Source of the DNA: Chiloscyllium plagiosum
Lineage: Eukaryota
Length of the DNA: 64,000 nucleotides
Assembly: GCF_004010195.1 (NCBI RefSeq)
Contig: NC_057751.1
Coordinates: 11,646,578-11,710,577, forward strand
Direction: 5' to 3'
Below, in pieces: positions 63,781 through 64,000 of this stretch. A program made the translations under genes and the position numbers. Positions within the stretch are counted from its first letter, which is position 1. Each line of letters begins with the position of its first letter. Under the pieces are notes generated by a model. The model saw only the letters and a program-made list of their open reading frames with translations, was not told where the DNA came from and did no database searches.

Positions 63781-64000
63781 AAGTGTTTTTTCTTGAGTCA
63801 AAGTACTTTTTAACTTGGGTTTTGTACAGAACTTAATTCTGAGTGGTCTTGATTTCAGAACAACTGAACAGAATGTTAATGGACAAATGCTGGTCAGGAA
63901 GTGACACTTTTGACTTTTGATGTTTATTTCAGCTGTCTTCCTTCACCAATGGCTTTTAGTTTGAATTGTGCTTAGTTTGTGTTCAAAAGTTTATTTAGTA

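Overview
Vertebrate genomic DNA, very likely from a shark or other elasmobranch. This is inferred from the repeat content: HE1/V-SINE-like and Deu-domain SINEs, HER1/CR1 LINEs and abundant Penelope-like elements (PLEs). The window holds the 5' part of one + strand gene, a TAPP-family tandem-PH adaptor best matching PLEKHA2. It has a CpG-rich promoter and probable non-coding exon 1 at about 1.4-1.7 kb. Four coding exons (22826-22966, 43987-44043, 57987-58035, 62189-62286) encode the 115-aa N-terminal PH domain, and the gene continues past the window. The rest is repeat-rich intron with one 533-N gap. Most ORF-track entries are retroelement fragments or chance ORFs. The most interesting signal is a set of short, TSD-flanked, often palindromic PLE-derived inserts. 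They carry minimal hammerhead-ribozyme motifs whose stems covary between families. One insert has produced a ~780-bp palindrome that includes an inverted copy of 261 bp of its own flanking genomic DNA (5341-6119). All calls were made by eye, without database searches.
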